A stretch of DNA of 64,000 bases from Botryllus schlosseri (GCA_051294905.1 CM119371.1:25298001-25362000); one strand, 5' to 3'. Counted from the first letter of the stretch, positions 40,482-53,447 are shown. Numbers and translations are program-made. Notes: generated by a model from the sequence alone, not told the origin.

Positions 40482-40763
40482 TTCTTTTCTTTTATGCAAT
40501 GCTTGTTCTAATGTTATCCTTTATTACACCTTTATTAGGGCTTAATATCGTGTCGTTAGTCGTGTATTTACTGAATGTTGACTCTACAAATATGTGTGTG
40601 ATTTAATATATATGTTACACGCATCAAACACTCCAAACGGGTGGCGACTGACTCTGAAGGCCTAACGGCCCCTCGTCGTCTCCCAGTCTATACTGCAATA
40701 TTTGTTTCGTATACTTCTTTGTTTATTGATGTGACGAATAAAAGACTATCTATCTATCTATCT

Positions 40764-41641
40764 GTTACCGGGGAAGTCTTTGTAGGCTTTGACCGCTGCA
40801 TCCTCGTGCATCTGGCGCCACATTATCGCACTTTCGCACGATAAATTGTATTCGCCACAGAGGGTTTTCAATAAATACTCGGGGTAAGAAACAGAGCAAA
40901 TATGCCTATCAAAGGCTTTGATGACCCCTCCAAAGTTACTCCCAGTCGGTCTTTGACTGCGCTTCCGACCCCATAATTGTGATTTGGATTGCAGCTTATA
41001 GTTTCCTCAGGCACAATGACAATTTGATTAGGATCTACTCGGCACCAACGCAAGGATTCGTTCCCGTCTGCTCGGAAAAGTGGGAACAGAACTGAAATAC
41101 TTTCTATTATTCTAGCAGATGATGCTAAGTGCAATGGGGGATCAGGGCCAACAATCCATTTCATCGGGCACGTAGTCTCCGTTTTGAACAAATTTATTTG
41201 GAAGGATATTCTATCCTCCATATCTGATTTTCTTGGAAAGGCACTGTATGATGGTTTGGACGATTTAAATAACTCTTTCAGTGGTTGAATATTTTTTTGT
41301 ACTCTTCTTGGATGTTCAATCCATGAATTTGGGAGGTCCGTTTTCGACATACCATTTTTGTTTACATAAATGGCGACTGTTGCCATGTGACTGCAGATCC
41401 ATTTGCCTGGTGGGCATTCACATGCCGCACTACTAATACCGTCCGTCTCATTTAAATTGACAGTAACATTTTACACTTTGTCCTTCCATGATGCCCTGAT
41501 CTTTGCAATAATTTGAAACTCTTCTATTTTGAATGAAACTACATAATTTGATTTATTCTTCAGTTCACTCTTTCCAATAACGCCCGGATCTTCAGAAAGG
41601 AAGGATAATGCCCCTGCTAGGGTGATAATCTCCGTATTCAT
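40764..41641 (-). pseudogene. 5' part of ISL2EU second gene: SWIM-type zinc finger plus N-part of YqaJ-like exonuclease
   Basis: CECPPGKWICSH (CxCxnCxH) just before ORF 40868..41386; Q..W..R..R.TGSNFG-like YqaJ motif near 40930-40990; disrupted. Confidence 0.75.
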
Positions 41642-42981
41642 GAATTACTATGATATCTATCAATGTAACACTGCGACAAATGAGAAGTTATATCTTGGGT
41701 ACTATTACGAGGAATAAACACGAGGTTTATCCTGCCGGCAACTGGAACTTTCAGATTACTATAAAATAGTCTCAAAATGTTCTGTTTACATCCCTATTCC
41801 CTACTATAGCATAGCATTACGGAGCTTACAGCTTACCTGACGACGCCGTAATCTGTAGTTGCTAAGGACAACACTTACTGACCAATCAGAAGCTAGGTAA
41901 CGTAATTACGGTTTTAACCCGTATATCTTTCGCTTGACGCATGACGAAATTTTTTTACCGTCCACAGAGAACAGCCACCCCCCCCCCAGTTTCTCTGTCG
42001 TGGTTACTTTCACTCTCTTACTGAATGAATATATTACTTCTACTTGAAAAACTAAATATAGTGAGAAGTAGGTACGTCAGTAACAGATTAGAAGTAGTAG
42101 CAAAATTAAATTTACTTTAGTAAGTACTACAACTGGAGGAAACTACTTGAGTACTTCAGTAAAGTAGAAGTACTGTCTCTGACCACCTTTGCTATATTAT
42201 AATACAATGCGTCTACCCGGACGCTTCATTTTTATTGACACGTAATCTCAGACCGAATAGAAAAGATCCATGTATTCAGGGTGACTCTAACAGCTATATT
42301 TATGAACACGATTGCGTAGAGAGGGGCGATGTTATGACCAAATCGACTTTTTTTTCATATCCGTATATGTTATCATTTGAAATCGCACCCATGAGAATTT
42401 ACAATTAGATTGTCATATCGATGATAGAGATGTTTTAGAAAGTAGTACTCCTAAATTACGCAGCCTCTTCATGCTAAAGCCGCCAATTACTCAGCCATAC
42501 CATAATTGGGCAGTTAAATACCTTTATATCAATATGATGGTATAGGGACCTGATATAAATGACGACATAAGTTGAATAAAGAGAATTTGAACACGATGGA
42601 ACCCGGGAAAATTTATGTACATTATATTTATCCAATGAAACCTACGTAATCTGAAGCTACCACTTAGATTTAGAAAATTATTAGTGAGAACCGAGATATC
42701 GAGAATGATCAAATATTGACCCTTTTACTTATTTCGAAGGTAACTGATACCGAACTAAATGGACATATTGAAAGGAGGCATGCTCGAGTTGAGATGATTC
42801 GATTTCATAACGTTTGATGCCAACGAACAGAGAGTCGACATGAAATTACGCTCAGCAAATTCTCTATTTATTGCTCGACAATTTTCAGCACAGCACACCT
42901 ATTATATCTAACATTGGTAAACACAAAAAAAACAGATCTGTGGTAATAAAAACAAAACATGAATTATGCATTATTCCTTAC

Positions 42982-43017
42982 CTTCATTATTCTCTCCACA
43001 TAAGCATTCGTCTATTC
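42982..43017 (-). CDS. GPCR mini-exon (GIDECLCGENNE) completing an LDLa-like CDG..C..G.DEC motif
   Basis: ctttacag/gtaagg, 36 nt, phase 1->1. Confidence 0.8.
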
Positions 43018-43247
43018 CTGTAAAGACGAAACAAGACTTGATCTATCATGTGCTTTTCAACCTGTGGGACGTTACGCACTAGTGCTGATAACAAACGTGG
43101 TGCCGATGAGCTCGGATGAACATCGAATATATATTTACTTTTGCTGACGTGGAGTAAATCAAATTAACTTAATAGGGAATTGAAGTTGAGTTTCTCCCAA
43201 AATGTAGTCGCTGCGACGCATTTGTATAAGCTTGTTTGACTTACAAG

Positions 43248-44058
43248 CAATGTTCCCTCAAAGCTGCGCACTTGCGCAAATGCGCAGTGCTGAAACGGTC
43301 TCTGCGCACAGAAAATCTAGGCTGCGCACAAAACATCCGAAGTGATGATTTTTTTCAGTCGTTGCGCACTGTTGTCCAAGGGACCGCGCAGGCGCGCAGA
43401 CTCGTGAAAAATTAGAGGGAACATAGCCAGGGGAAAATAGTGCTATCGCTGAAGTCTGAAGCTGAGGTACAAGTGCTTCCCGCAAAGGTAGATATTGCGC
43501 TCCGTGAGAATATGAGAATCTGCAATCACGTGCGCCTCGCGAACGAGATTTTTCTTTTAGTATGGTCTCGTACGCACGAGCGATACTGATTACATTTCAA
43601 TAGCGAAATCTTTTCTGGGAATGGCGAAATAACATGGTTTACCTAAGTTATAAATAACAATGGGCTAGCTCGAAGTTAATCTGTGAGAAACTAACGAATA
43701 GTCTTTTCCGCGTGTCATGAACATTGCCGTAAGATTTACTGTACAATTACATGCCGTGAATTTTCGAAGTCATCACCTCCATCAGGCGAATCTGATCACG
43801 TATGGTGAGATAGGGTAATATGCAAGTCAAATTAACAAAGAAGTGCGATTCGTTTAACATAAAAATGGTTGTCGGAGAATGTGAAAACGAAAGAAAAAAC
43901 TGTAAAATTAGGTGAAAATTTTTCTTTTTCGAGCGAGAAAGGTCCGATCTGCAAAATATGTCGAGAAGCCAAATATGGAAAAGAATAACATACATTTTCT
44001 TCCGAAAGTCACCGCACTCGAACTGAAGCCAAATCACCCTCAAAATATGCACCACAAC
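43248..44058. mobile_element. Truncated second copy of the 47532-49321 element
   Basis: Close match to ~47532-48341; cut where a TAGGGTTACCATA-type element begins. Confidence 0.85.
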
Positions 44059-44418
44059 TAGGGTTACCATATTCTGGAAATCTAAAAAGAGAACACTTTT
44101 TCAGAAATTTGAGACTTGCCAGAACCGGAGAAGAATTCTCAAAAACCGGTAATTTTTCCCACTTTGTGATCGGTTGACTACAAAAAAAAATTCTCCGCTC
44201 CGAGCTCAAAATACCGTTTTCTCTCCGCATTGCTAGGTGGATGACTGAAAAAAAAAAGTTCATCTTTTCGCTCAGAGCTAAAATCACCGTTTTTCGCTCC
44301 GAAATACCCGCTGTACCACTAAGCATAGCTTTTACAATCGCTTTGTCTTGCACAGTGGTTCCCAAACGGTGGGGAATTCCCCACTGGTGGGGAATTTCGG
44401 AATTTCTGGTGGGGAATA

Positions 44419-44671
44419 TGTTATGTTCGTGCATTTTACGTTGGTATCGTTTGTTCTTTAATTTCTAGGATTAGTAATTACCGCCAATCATTATTTCCGT
44501 GTGTCGTGGTTCGTATTTATACCCTGTGTTCTGTTGTGTACTGGTTTTTCGTTTAACTGAACCCTGGATCGTGTCGCCTGTCTTGAAGTTATTCTGCTGT
44601 ATAATATACTGATTTCGTATTGCAACCTCGTCGTATTGAGTTATTGTTCAGGCAAGATCGAGAACATAACA
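44419..44671 (+). repeat. 5' LTR
   Basis: Direct repeat of 51852-52104, about 7 mismatches by eye. Confidence 0.95.
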
Positions 44672-47531
44672 ATTGGTGTCAGAAGTCGGATTCATAGTTA
44701 TTTCTGCGACGAATACTGTATATATCATGGAAGCAAGTATATTGAAGCTTCTAGAGAAGCAACAGGAAATGATGGCGGAACAACGAGCACAGCACAAAGA
44801 AGAGCTGGCACAGCACAAAGAAGACATGAAGCAACAAAATGCTCAGCACAAAGAAGAAATTGCGCAATTAACGCAGAGGTTGAATCCCGATGCATCAACA
44901 CCTGAAGCTACCGCTCCCAAATTTGATTCATTTGTAAAATCAAAGGAGAAATGGGACCAATAATATCTTCAGCGATTCAACCATCACCTAGCAATTTACG
45001 GCATTTCCAACATATAGAAAAAAGAGCCTGTCTACCCTCATGGGTTGGACCTGAAACGTACTCGCTCCTACGTAATTTGTTTGGTGCTGCTGATGTCAGT
45101 GCGCATACTTTCGACGCGTTGACTGAGAAGTTGGCTACACACTTCAAGGACTCAATTCATGTGCAAGCAGCCTGGTACGAATTTTACAACTGTAAAATGC
45201 AACCGGGACAATCGTACGCCGATTGGATCGCTACCCTACGCGGAATCTCCAATGATTGCAACTTCATATGCTCAACAGATGGCTGTGATCAGAGCTACGT
45301 TGATGAGCTAATGCGCGATCTCATCATTAAAGAAACGCCGCACGCGGATGTGAGACGGCATTGTCTAACACAAACCAATCCATCCCTTGACGACGTTCTC
45401 AAAGTAGCCGCAACACATGTGGGAACGCTGGAAACTGATAGGGTTATCCAGGGCGAGAGTAGCGGTAAAGACACTTCCATCGTCAACAAAATGACGGGAA
45501 GTTATCAGAAGGGGGAAAAACCTTCCAAATCCATCCAAGGCAACTTCCCAGAAAGACTGAAATCCTGCAGCCGCTGTTTCATCGATCACCAGAGAAAAGA
45601 CTGTCAAAATCGGCATGCAGTATTTCAGAAATGTGGTCGTAAAGGTCATATCAAACCTGTGTGCATGTCAACCAAACCTAGTATCACGCAACAGGTCACA
45701 TCCGTCAATTTCTGCTCAGTGCCACTCCTCTCCTTCGACACCGATCAACTATATCGAAGCGTGGGAAATCAGCTCTGGATCAACTCCAGCATCAACGGCA
45801 TTTCGTTGCCGACACAGTGGGACACTGCTGCACCCTCCGCCATGGTGGGATTGACTGGGTACAAAACTTTGGGCTCTCCGAAACTCTCAGCATACCATTG
45901 CTCTTTCGTAGCGTACGGCGACAAGCCACTGAAAGTGAAAGGTATTTGCACTGTAACCGTGCAGGTGATTCCGAAGTTCGAGTTTGCTTAAAATTGGTAG
46001 TTCTCGACGAACACCGTGGCCAGAGCATTTTCGGTCTCGATTGGAGCGATGCTTCCTCAATGACCGCTAAGGGAACGTCTGCTTTGGATGCAATTTCCTC
46101 GCAGATGGTCAAGTCGCAATCATGTAATACTATTGACATTTCTGATTCGAACGACAAATTGGTATCTTTTCAGTCCAAATTTCCTTCCGTTTTCTCCAAT
46201 GTATTAGGACGATGCACCAAGACAAAGGTGACAATTCACTTAAAACCTAATGCCAAGCCCGTATTTAACAAGCCGCGTCCTTTGCCCTTCGCAAGGCAAA
46301 TCGCTGTTCAAACCGAATTGGATAGACTAGTCAATCAAGGTATTCTCGAACCAACCAATTACAGTGATTGTGCAGCACCAATTGTTGCCATTACTGAATC
46401 AAATGGATCAGTACGCATTCTTGGTGACATCAAAGCATTGAATCAACAAATTCAGATAGATCAACACCCCCTGCCCTCCTTGGATGAAATCCTTCACAAG
46501 TTACAGGGTGGCTGTATTTTCACGAACATTGATCTTGCCGATGCTTATTTTCAGCTAGAATTAGACGATGATGCGAAGAATTTGTGTGTCATCAACACGC
46601 AATTCGGTCTATTCCGTTATCGACGCATGTGTTTCGGAGTCGCATCTAGTCCCGCAAATTTTCAACGTTGTATGGATGCCATGATCGCCGGCTTACCCGG
46701 TGTTGCTAGTTTTATCGATGACACAATCGTTACTGGCATTGATGAACGCGATCATTTTCGCAACTTATCGCTACTTTTTGAGCGCCTCACCGAATACGGT
46801 TTCACCGTCAACTTCGCTAAATGCGAATTTTGCAAAAGTAGTATCGAGTACCTTGGTCATATAATCGACAAGGACGGCAAACGCCCGTCTCACAAATCCG
46901 TTGAAGCAATCAAACAGTTGCCTAAACCTCAGGATGTTCGCCAGCTACAGGCATTCCTGGGCAAAGTCAATTATTATCGCGCGTTTATTCCTAATTTTAC
47001 GAATAAAGCCACTGCCTTGTACCGTCTTCTTCAAAAAGACGCGGAATTCATTTGGAATACGGACTGTGACGCAGCTTTTCGCATTCTCAAAAACGACGTA
47101 ATCGACGCTACGCAGTTAGCTCATTATGATGTACACAAACAGCTCATTTTGTCACGGATGCTTCTCAATTCGGAATCGGCGCTGTACTCTCACTCGAGCA
47201 CAATGGCGAACAGAGACCGATCGCGCACTCATCGAAAACGCTTTCCGATTCGTAAAAATCCTACTCTCAAATAGAGAAGGAAGCTCTGTCAATCATTTAC
47301 GGAGTCACTAATTTTCGTCAATTCTTGCATGGTAAAAAATTTACGCTCGTGACGGACCACAAACCGCTTTTAGCTATTTTCTCGCCAGACAAGAAAATTC
47401 CCGTGATTACAGCGCAACGCTTACAGCGATGGGCACTAACGCTCATGACTTTCGAATATGACATTCGCTATAAACCGACTAATCAGCACGGAAACGCCGA
47501 CGGTTTATCTCGCCTACCAAAGGGTCCAGAC

Positions 47532-49321
47532 CAATGTTCCCTCTAAGCTGCGCACGTGCGCAAATGCGCAGTGCTGAAACAGTCTCTGCGCACAGAAAAT
47601 CTAGGCTGCGGACAAAACATCCGAGGTGATGATTTATTTCAGTCGTTGCGCACTGTTGTCCAAGGGACCGCGCAGGCGCGCAGACTCGTGAAAAATTAGA
47701 GGGAACATAGCCAGGGGAAAATAGTGCTATCGCTGAAGTCTGAAGCCGAGGTACAAGTGCTTCCCGCAAAGGTAGATATTGCGCTCCGTGAGAATATGAG
47801 AATCTGCAGTCACGTGCGCTTCGCGAACGAGATTTTTCTTTTAGTATTGTCTCGTACGCGCGAGCGATACTGATTTCATTTCAATAGCGCAATCTTTTCT
47901 GGAAATGGCGAAAGAACATGGTTTAACTAAGTTATAAATAACAATGGGCTAGCTCGAAGTTAATCTGCGAGAAACTAACGAATAGTCTTTTCCGCGTGCC
48001 ATGAACATTGCCGTAAGATTTACTGTACAATTACATGCCGTGAATTTTCGAAGTCATCACCTCCATCAGGCGAATCTGATCACGTATGGTGAGATAGGAT
48101 AATGTGCAAGCCAAATTAACAAAGAAATGCGATTCGTTTAACATAAAAATGGTTGTCGGAGCATGTGAAAACGGAAGAAACAACTGTAAAATTAGGTGAA
48201 AATTTTTCTTTTTCGAGTGAGAGAGGTCCGATCTGCAAAATATGTCGAGAAGCAAAATATGGAAAAGAATAGCATACATTTTCTTCGGAAAGTCACCGCA
48301 CTCGAACTGAAGCCAAATCGCCCTCAAAATGTGCACCACAACACACGTGCGATATCCATTTTGTCGAGGTTTATCGCCATTGCGGGTGAATGCTCCTTAA
48401 CCCTTTGCGACACCACAGAGTCGCACGTGTGTTATGCTGCATATCCCGAAAATATTTCAGCTGAAGCCGAAAGTCCGAAACGCGGTGGCTTTCTGAAAAA
48501 AAGTGCCCTCAATGGCTTAACTTCAAGTCGAGACCACATCTTGTTTCGAGCGTAGTTCTCCGTTATCACTTATAATGTGATTATCTGGTGTCATGCAATA
48601 AAACTAAGTGTAAATGCTGTACTTTGATTATATCAATGAATCATGTGACTCGAATGGATACACGCACGTCTGGGTTACGCGCAGGACCGTAACTACCGCA
48701 CCCCAAACACCCCAATTGGGGTACCCGATCTCAAAGGGGAACCAAAATATTTCGTGAATAAATATGAATCATGGAGTATTTTTTGCAACTTTTTCAAAGA
48801 AGAAATGACAATTTGAAACCGTGTACGTCTTAGTTTAGTACGTTTAAGCGATTTCAATATCTTCTGACACAGCAGATAGGAGGACACGAAATAGCATCAT
48901 GTACCGAAGTCAATATACCAACGGTTACGCCCGAAGTTGTTTTAATAATATTTAGGGGTCCTACCTTTTCGAACACACCTCTCTCGATCAGTTCTACCGG
49001 TAAATCTGTTTATGTGAGCATAGAGAGGATAAATATTGATAGCAATATATATGCAATTCCAGATCATTGACCGATTCAATCATGAAATATATAAATTTTT
49101 CACTTTTCGCGCGTCTAGGCTATGCACCCACTATAGAGGCACCGAATGTAGAGGATAAGTTGCGGCCCAAAACGTAGGAGCCGAGGGGGGTCTGGAGGGC
49201 GAAGCCCCCAGAAGTTCGGTTTATCATCATATGGGGGGCCTGGTTACGCACTGTTGTTCATGGGCCTGCGCAGTGAGTTGACTTGTTTGCGCAGACTCGT
49301 GAAAAATTAGAGGGAACATTG
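47532..49321. mobile_element. Non-autonomous hAT-type element inserted in Gypsy pol
   Basis: TIR CAATGTTCCCTCTAA / TTAGAGGGAACATTG, perfect 8-bp TSD GTCCAGAC. Confidence 0.92.
48682..49242. mobile_element. hAT-type MITE nested in 47532-49321 (same family as 15083-16365)
   Basis: Starts CAGGACCGTAACT; TSD GTTACGCG/GTTACGCA. Confidence 0.7.
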
Positions 49322-50584
49322 GTCCAGACCCTGAGTTTGACGAACTGGAAATTCGTGAAAACGCGGAGATCGTTCACGCTATTAACATGGCATTCGATGG
49401 CTTACCGTTAACTCGCAATGAAATTCGCGACGCGACGCTGAAGGACAAAACCATGAAACTAGTAAAATTATCTGTCACTCGTGGTAATTGGAATTCAAAG
49501 ACCCATATTGATGATTTTTCTTGGTTTTCTACTCACAAATATTCGCTTTCTCTGCACGAAGACTTAGTCATGCTCAATATTGATGGTTTTCAGCGCGTAG
49601 TAATTCCGCAGTCACTTCGCTCGCGAGTCTTATCATTGTTGCACGAAGGACATTGGAGTATCGCGAAAATGAAGCAGATGGCTCGACGTTACATCGCATG
49701 GCATTCCATTAATCGCGACATTAAAAATTTCGTTAAGAGTTGCGACGCTTGACGTAAGGTAATGAAAGCGCCTGATCGTCCGTATCGCGAATGGCCAAAA
49801 ACTTCTGAAAGCTTTGAACGAATTCACTCGGATTTCGCAGGTCCAATGAACAATAAAATGTTTCTTGTCATCGTCGATGCGCATTCGAAATATCCTTTCG
49901 TTAAAGTAATGAATGTCGGTTCTACCACAACCTTGTGTGTGGTCAATGTTTTGAGGGAAGTCTTCTCTATCGAAGGCTTGCCCATAACAATTTTCACGGA
50001 TGGCGGGCCGCAATTCACATCGAATGAATTCGATACGTTTTGCTCTAATTTGGCAATCAGCCATATCGTATCACCGTCTTTTCACCCTGCCTCGAACGGG
50101 GAAGCGGAGCGTTTCGTCCAGACTTTAGAAGCTGGATTAATAAAAAATTGCGACGGGGGAAAAGATCTCAACTTCGCGCTCCAAACACTTCTCGCTACGT
50201 ACCGATGTGCACCGCACCCGGGCATAGATTGGAAAACGCCTGCCGAGATTTTACATGGTCGACAGCCGCGCAATTTGTTAAGTTGTGCTCGCCCTTCGAC
50301 AAATCGAAACCCGTTACGCCTGTACAATCAGTACAATCAGTCACTCATTTCGAGATTGGTTCCTCGGTTTACGCTCGCAGTTACCGAAGCGGACCAAAGT
50401 GGGTTGCTGGCGTGGTGACGGAAATACTGGGGCGTGTTGTGTACATTGTAAAAACTGATTATGGGTATTGGAGAAGGCATAAGAACCAACTCCAACCACG
50501 CTTGATTTCAGCTGGCAATAATACAGCCGCACAGGAAATTGTTCAACCTCAGCAACCACAAGTTGAGCAACCATTGGTCAGGAA

Positions 50585-51710
50585 CAGAGATGGCCACAGT
50601 CCGGTTCAGGAGCCGGAGCCGGAGCAGGATTTTGATGAATTTTACTGTGGCCGGATCGGAGCCGGATTCTGACACTGCCATATGAGCCGGATTTAAACAG
50701 GATTCGATATTCATAACAAATATTGGGTGATAAAGGTTCAAGATATCTTATATTCAATGAAAAAAGCTGCTTCGATATTATTTCCATAGTTAAATGCATT
50801 CATTGCTATGGATCAAGCCCAGGCTGGTTCCGACAATAAATGACAACGTTGAAACCGCTGATACCGGTCACGTCGTTGAAATGCGTAAGCAACATAAGTA
50901 ATATTTCTGCAGTGATGAGATTACTGCTGCTGGGTGAGATGAGGACGAAGGCAGGCTCCAGCAAGCGAGCTGCAGAAGTGTTTTGTTTTCGAATTCAGTT
51001 GTTCCTCAGATATTGATTCTTATCCTTCCTGTTCATCAGCCATTAGGGTACTTGATATCGGTTGTCAGGATGACAGAAAAGCGAGGTGTCGGTGTTGTTG
51101 CAGAGGTAACTGGTGGTTCTGATTTCTGATGTCATTTGGAATGATTGTGTGGTGTAGTAATGTATGAATATATGCTGGCACGGTCAATTGGTCATGTTTA
51201 TGATTTCGGAAACACACTAGAACTGAAGTACCACCGGTACTCTCTGATTGATTGTGCACATCATCATGGCATGCTGATTGATTATATAATATTATATATA
51301 TTTCCTATTCATTGCTGCTCTGCTCTAGCCTGGGTTACTATGTTTACCCTCTCCGTAAAGCAACTAATATTGCTTTCTCTGTTCTCACAGTCTTTTTAGC
51401 TCATTTCCCCTGCCTAGTTCCTATACTACTCGCATTTATATTCAAGATATATACCGTACCGGTACCTAACATTATTGATTCGAAATGTGATATAAATAAA
51501 CCCTTGTAAGGTATTACTTGATACTAATTTGTTGATTATAATGTTCATATCTGTTTTGCAGGCTATATTTAATGTGAAATAGCACTAAAGCAATAGCAGG
51601 ATTTTTTCGGATCCTAATTTTGTTGCTCAACTGTCGGACTCCGAAATCCTATTTGACTCTCGGATCAGGACGGATACGGATTCCCAAAATCTGGAATCCG
51701 CCCATCTCTG
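50585..51710. mobile_element. Non-autonomous hAT-type element in the Gypsy 3' region
   Basis: TIR CAGAGATGG / CCATCTCTG, perfect TSD GTCAGGAA, subterminal CCGGA repeats. Confidence 0.88.
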
Positions 51711-51851
51711 GTCAGGAATAGGACACAACGTCCTGCAGCTAGTCATGCCCGATCGTCGGCCAGACGTTATCCGCTTAGAATTAGGACACAAACTGATTTC
51801 TATCGGCCAACGTAAACCGCGTCCTTGTACTTTCAACTTACAGGGGAGGAC

Positions 51852-52104
51852 TGTTATGTTGGTGCATTTTACGTTGGTATCGTTTGTTCTTTAATTTCTA
51901 GGATTAGTAATTACCGCCAATTATTATTTCCGTGTGTCGTGGTTCGTATTTATACCCTGTGTTCTGTTTTCTACTGGTTTTTCGTTTAACTGAACTCTGG
52001 ATCGTGTCGCCTGTCTTGAAGTTATTCTTCTGTATAATATACTGATTTCGTATTGCAACCTCGTCGTATTGAGTTATTGTTCAGACAAGATCGAGAACAT
52101 AACA
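51852..52104 (+). repeat. 3' LTR
   Basis: Direct repeat of 44419-44671, preceded by PPT and followed by TSD. Confidence 0.95.
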
Positions 52105-53447
52105 GAATAGACTCCATTTTGAAAAAATCTTCACAGTAATATTCTCCTTTATTAATTGTCGTTTTGAAATGCCGACCGAATATTTCATAGCTAATTTGCG
52201 ATTCAGCGATTCATATTATCAGTGCCTCCAATTAGAGAGTATCGCCTGGATAGCGACAGACGATCTCCAGAATTGCTTTTATTCATTTGTACACCATCAT
52301 CGGTCATGAAACGTAGTGATAGAAAAATTCTGATTCATTGTAATAAGAGCTCATATTGCTGAACGGTGAACATATATTCAAGGGAGATCGTGGACTCGCT
52401 AATTGATAGCACATCCGGACTCGTTACAGATGAAATTACATATTTATGTTATTTCAAGTTATTTGAGTATTGTGCGAAAGTGTAGTTTACAGCGGCTTAT
52501 ATATATATCGCACGCATGAGTTCGTCAACATGAGTAAGTTTATCTGACCCATGTATTATTCGGCATTTATTGATGCTACCCCGCAATATTTGTAAAATTT
52601 CCACACCCCTCCTATTTTTCTGTTGGCTATGCGCCAGGGTAGATACATTTGTTTACGGAGGTGCGTTTACGGTTACTAGTTCACCGATGCGTTAATTTTA
52701 TTGTGTGCTGATCAATTGCGTGGATCTTAACACTAAGCAAAATCTTGCAAAATGTTATTGGATGTAGCACTTTAAAGGGTAGATGTGGATATAGAGATTT
52801 TAGGTGCGGAATGAAGTCTCGGAATAAATCGGAAGTGGGGAATTAGGATAAAAAGGTTGGGAACCACTGCTCTAGCACATCATCATTGGTCAGCCATCGT
52901 GAATTGATATTTAGGCTGCTATGATTATCGTGTAACCAATAATCTAGCTTAGAAACGGGTGTAGCGACAGGCGGGAAACATGACGTAAAATTGACATTCT
53001 CGTGTCTTTCTTTCAATATTCATCGTAACTTCGTAATAGTCATTCGAATGCCACGATGGTATTGGTCTCGACCAATGCTTGAATTTTGGTTGACGTTGAG
53101 GTCACAGTAATTTTGAAACACCTTTGAAGTTCATTTCTCATTCTGTCGCAACGGTGAATCCTATAATCACTCATGCTTCGATTAACTAGGTAAACAGAGG
53201 TATCTTTCAATACTAAATATTTTCACTATCTCTGAGCACCTGAACAGGCAGTGTTGATTGGCTTAATACTGCCAATTATGTTCCGATCGTTTTATTAATG
53301 TTGTTTTAAGCAAGACATCTCACCAACCTCTCATCAGAAGCTGACCAACGGTACGGTTTTATTGGCGATTCACCCGAATCGTTCGGTATGACGTCTCGGG
53401 AAGACTTCTGCGTTTATTCATACAGCTTATATAGATAACGATATCAC

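Larger units (their letters stand above)
36741..40763 (+). mobile_element. CR1/L2-group (Crack/Daphne-like) non-LTR retrotransposon, near full length, inactivated
   Basis: ORF1 and APE-RT ORF2, 3' UTR ending AATAAA + (CTAT)n tail; 5' boundary approximate. Confidence 0.88.
32602..41922 (+). mobile_element. ISL2EU (PIF/Harbinger-group) DNA transposon, full length but degenerate, with two nested insertions
   Basis: TIRs ACGGGTTGAAACCGGAAGT / revcomp ACGGGTTAAAACCGTAATT, AT on both flanks; convergent THAP-DDE transposase and YqaJ-like nuclease genes. Confidence 0.85.
44727..50584 (+). pseudogene. Gypsy gag-pol pseudogene
   Basis: Zn knuckles CSRCFIDH..C and KCGRKGH..VC; protease WDTAA; RT FIDD; RNase H TDHKPL...NADGLSRLP; integrase LHEGH, HSDFAGP, TDGGPQF, SNGEAERFV; several frameshifts and stops; interrupted at 47532-49321. 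Confidence 0.9.
44419..52104 (+). mobile_element. Gypsy (Mag-type) LTR retrotransposon, full length, degenerate
   Basis: 253-bp LTRs TG...CA at 44419-44671 and 51852-52104; 5-bp TSD GAATA; PBS TGGTGTCAGAAGT (tRNA-Leu type); PPT AGGGGAGGA; gag-PR-RT-RH-IN order. Confidence 0.95.
44353..52869. mobile_element. hAT MITE split by the Gypsy insertion
   Basis: Termini CAGTGGTTCCCAA / TTGGGAACCACTG, imperfect TSD GTCTTGCA/CTCTAGCA. Confidence 0.7.

Noticed and set aside
43258..48339. Duplicated ORFs (43258/47479 and 43747/48031) that look like paralogous genes
   Set aside because: They lie in two copies of a non-autonomous hAT element and show no protein motifs
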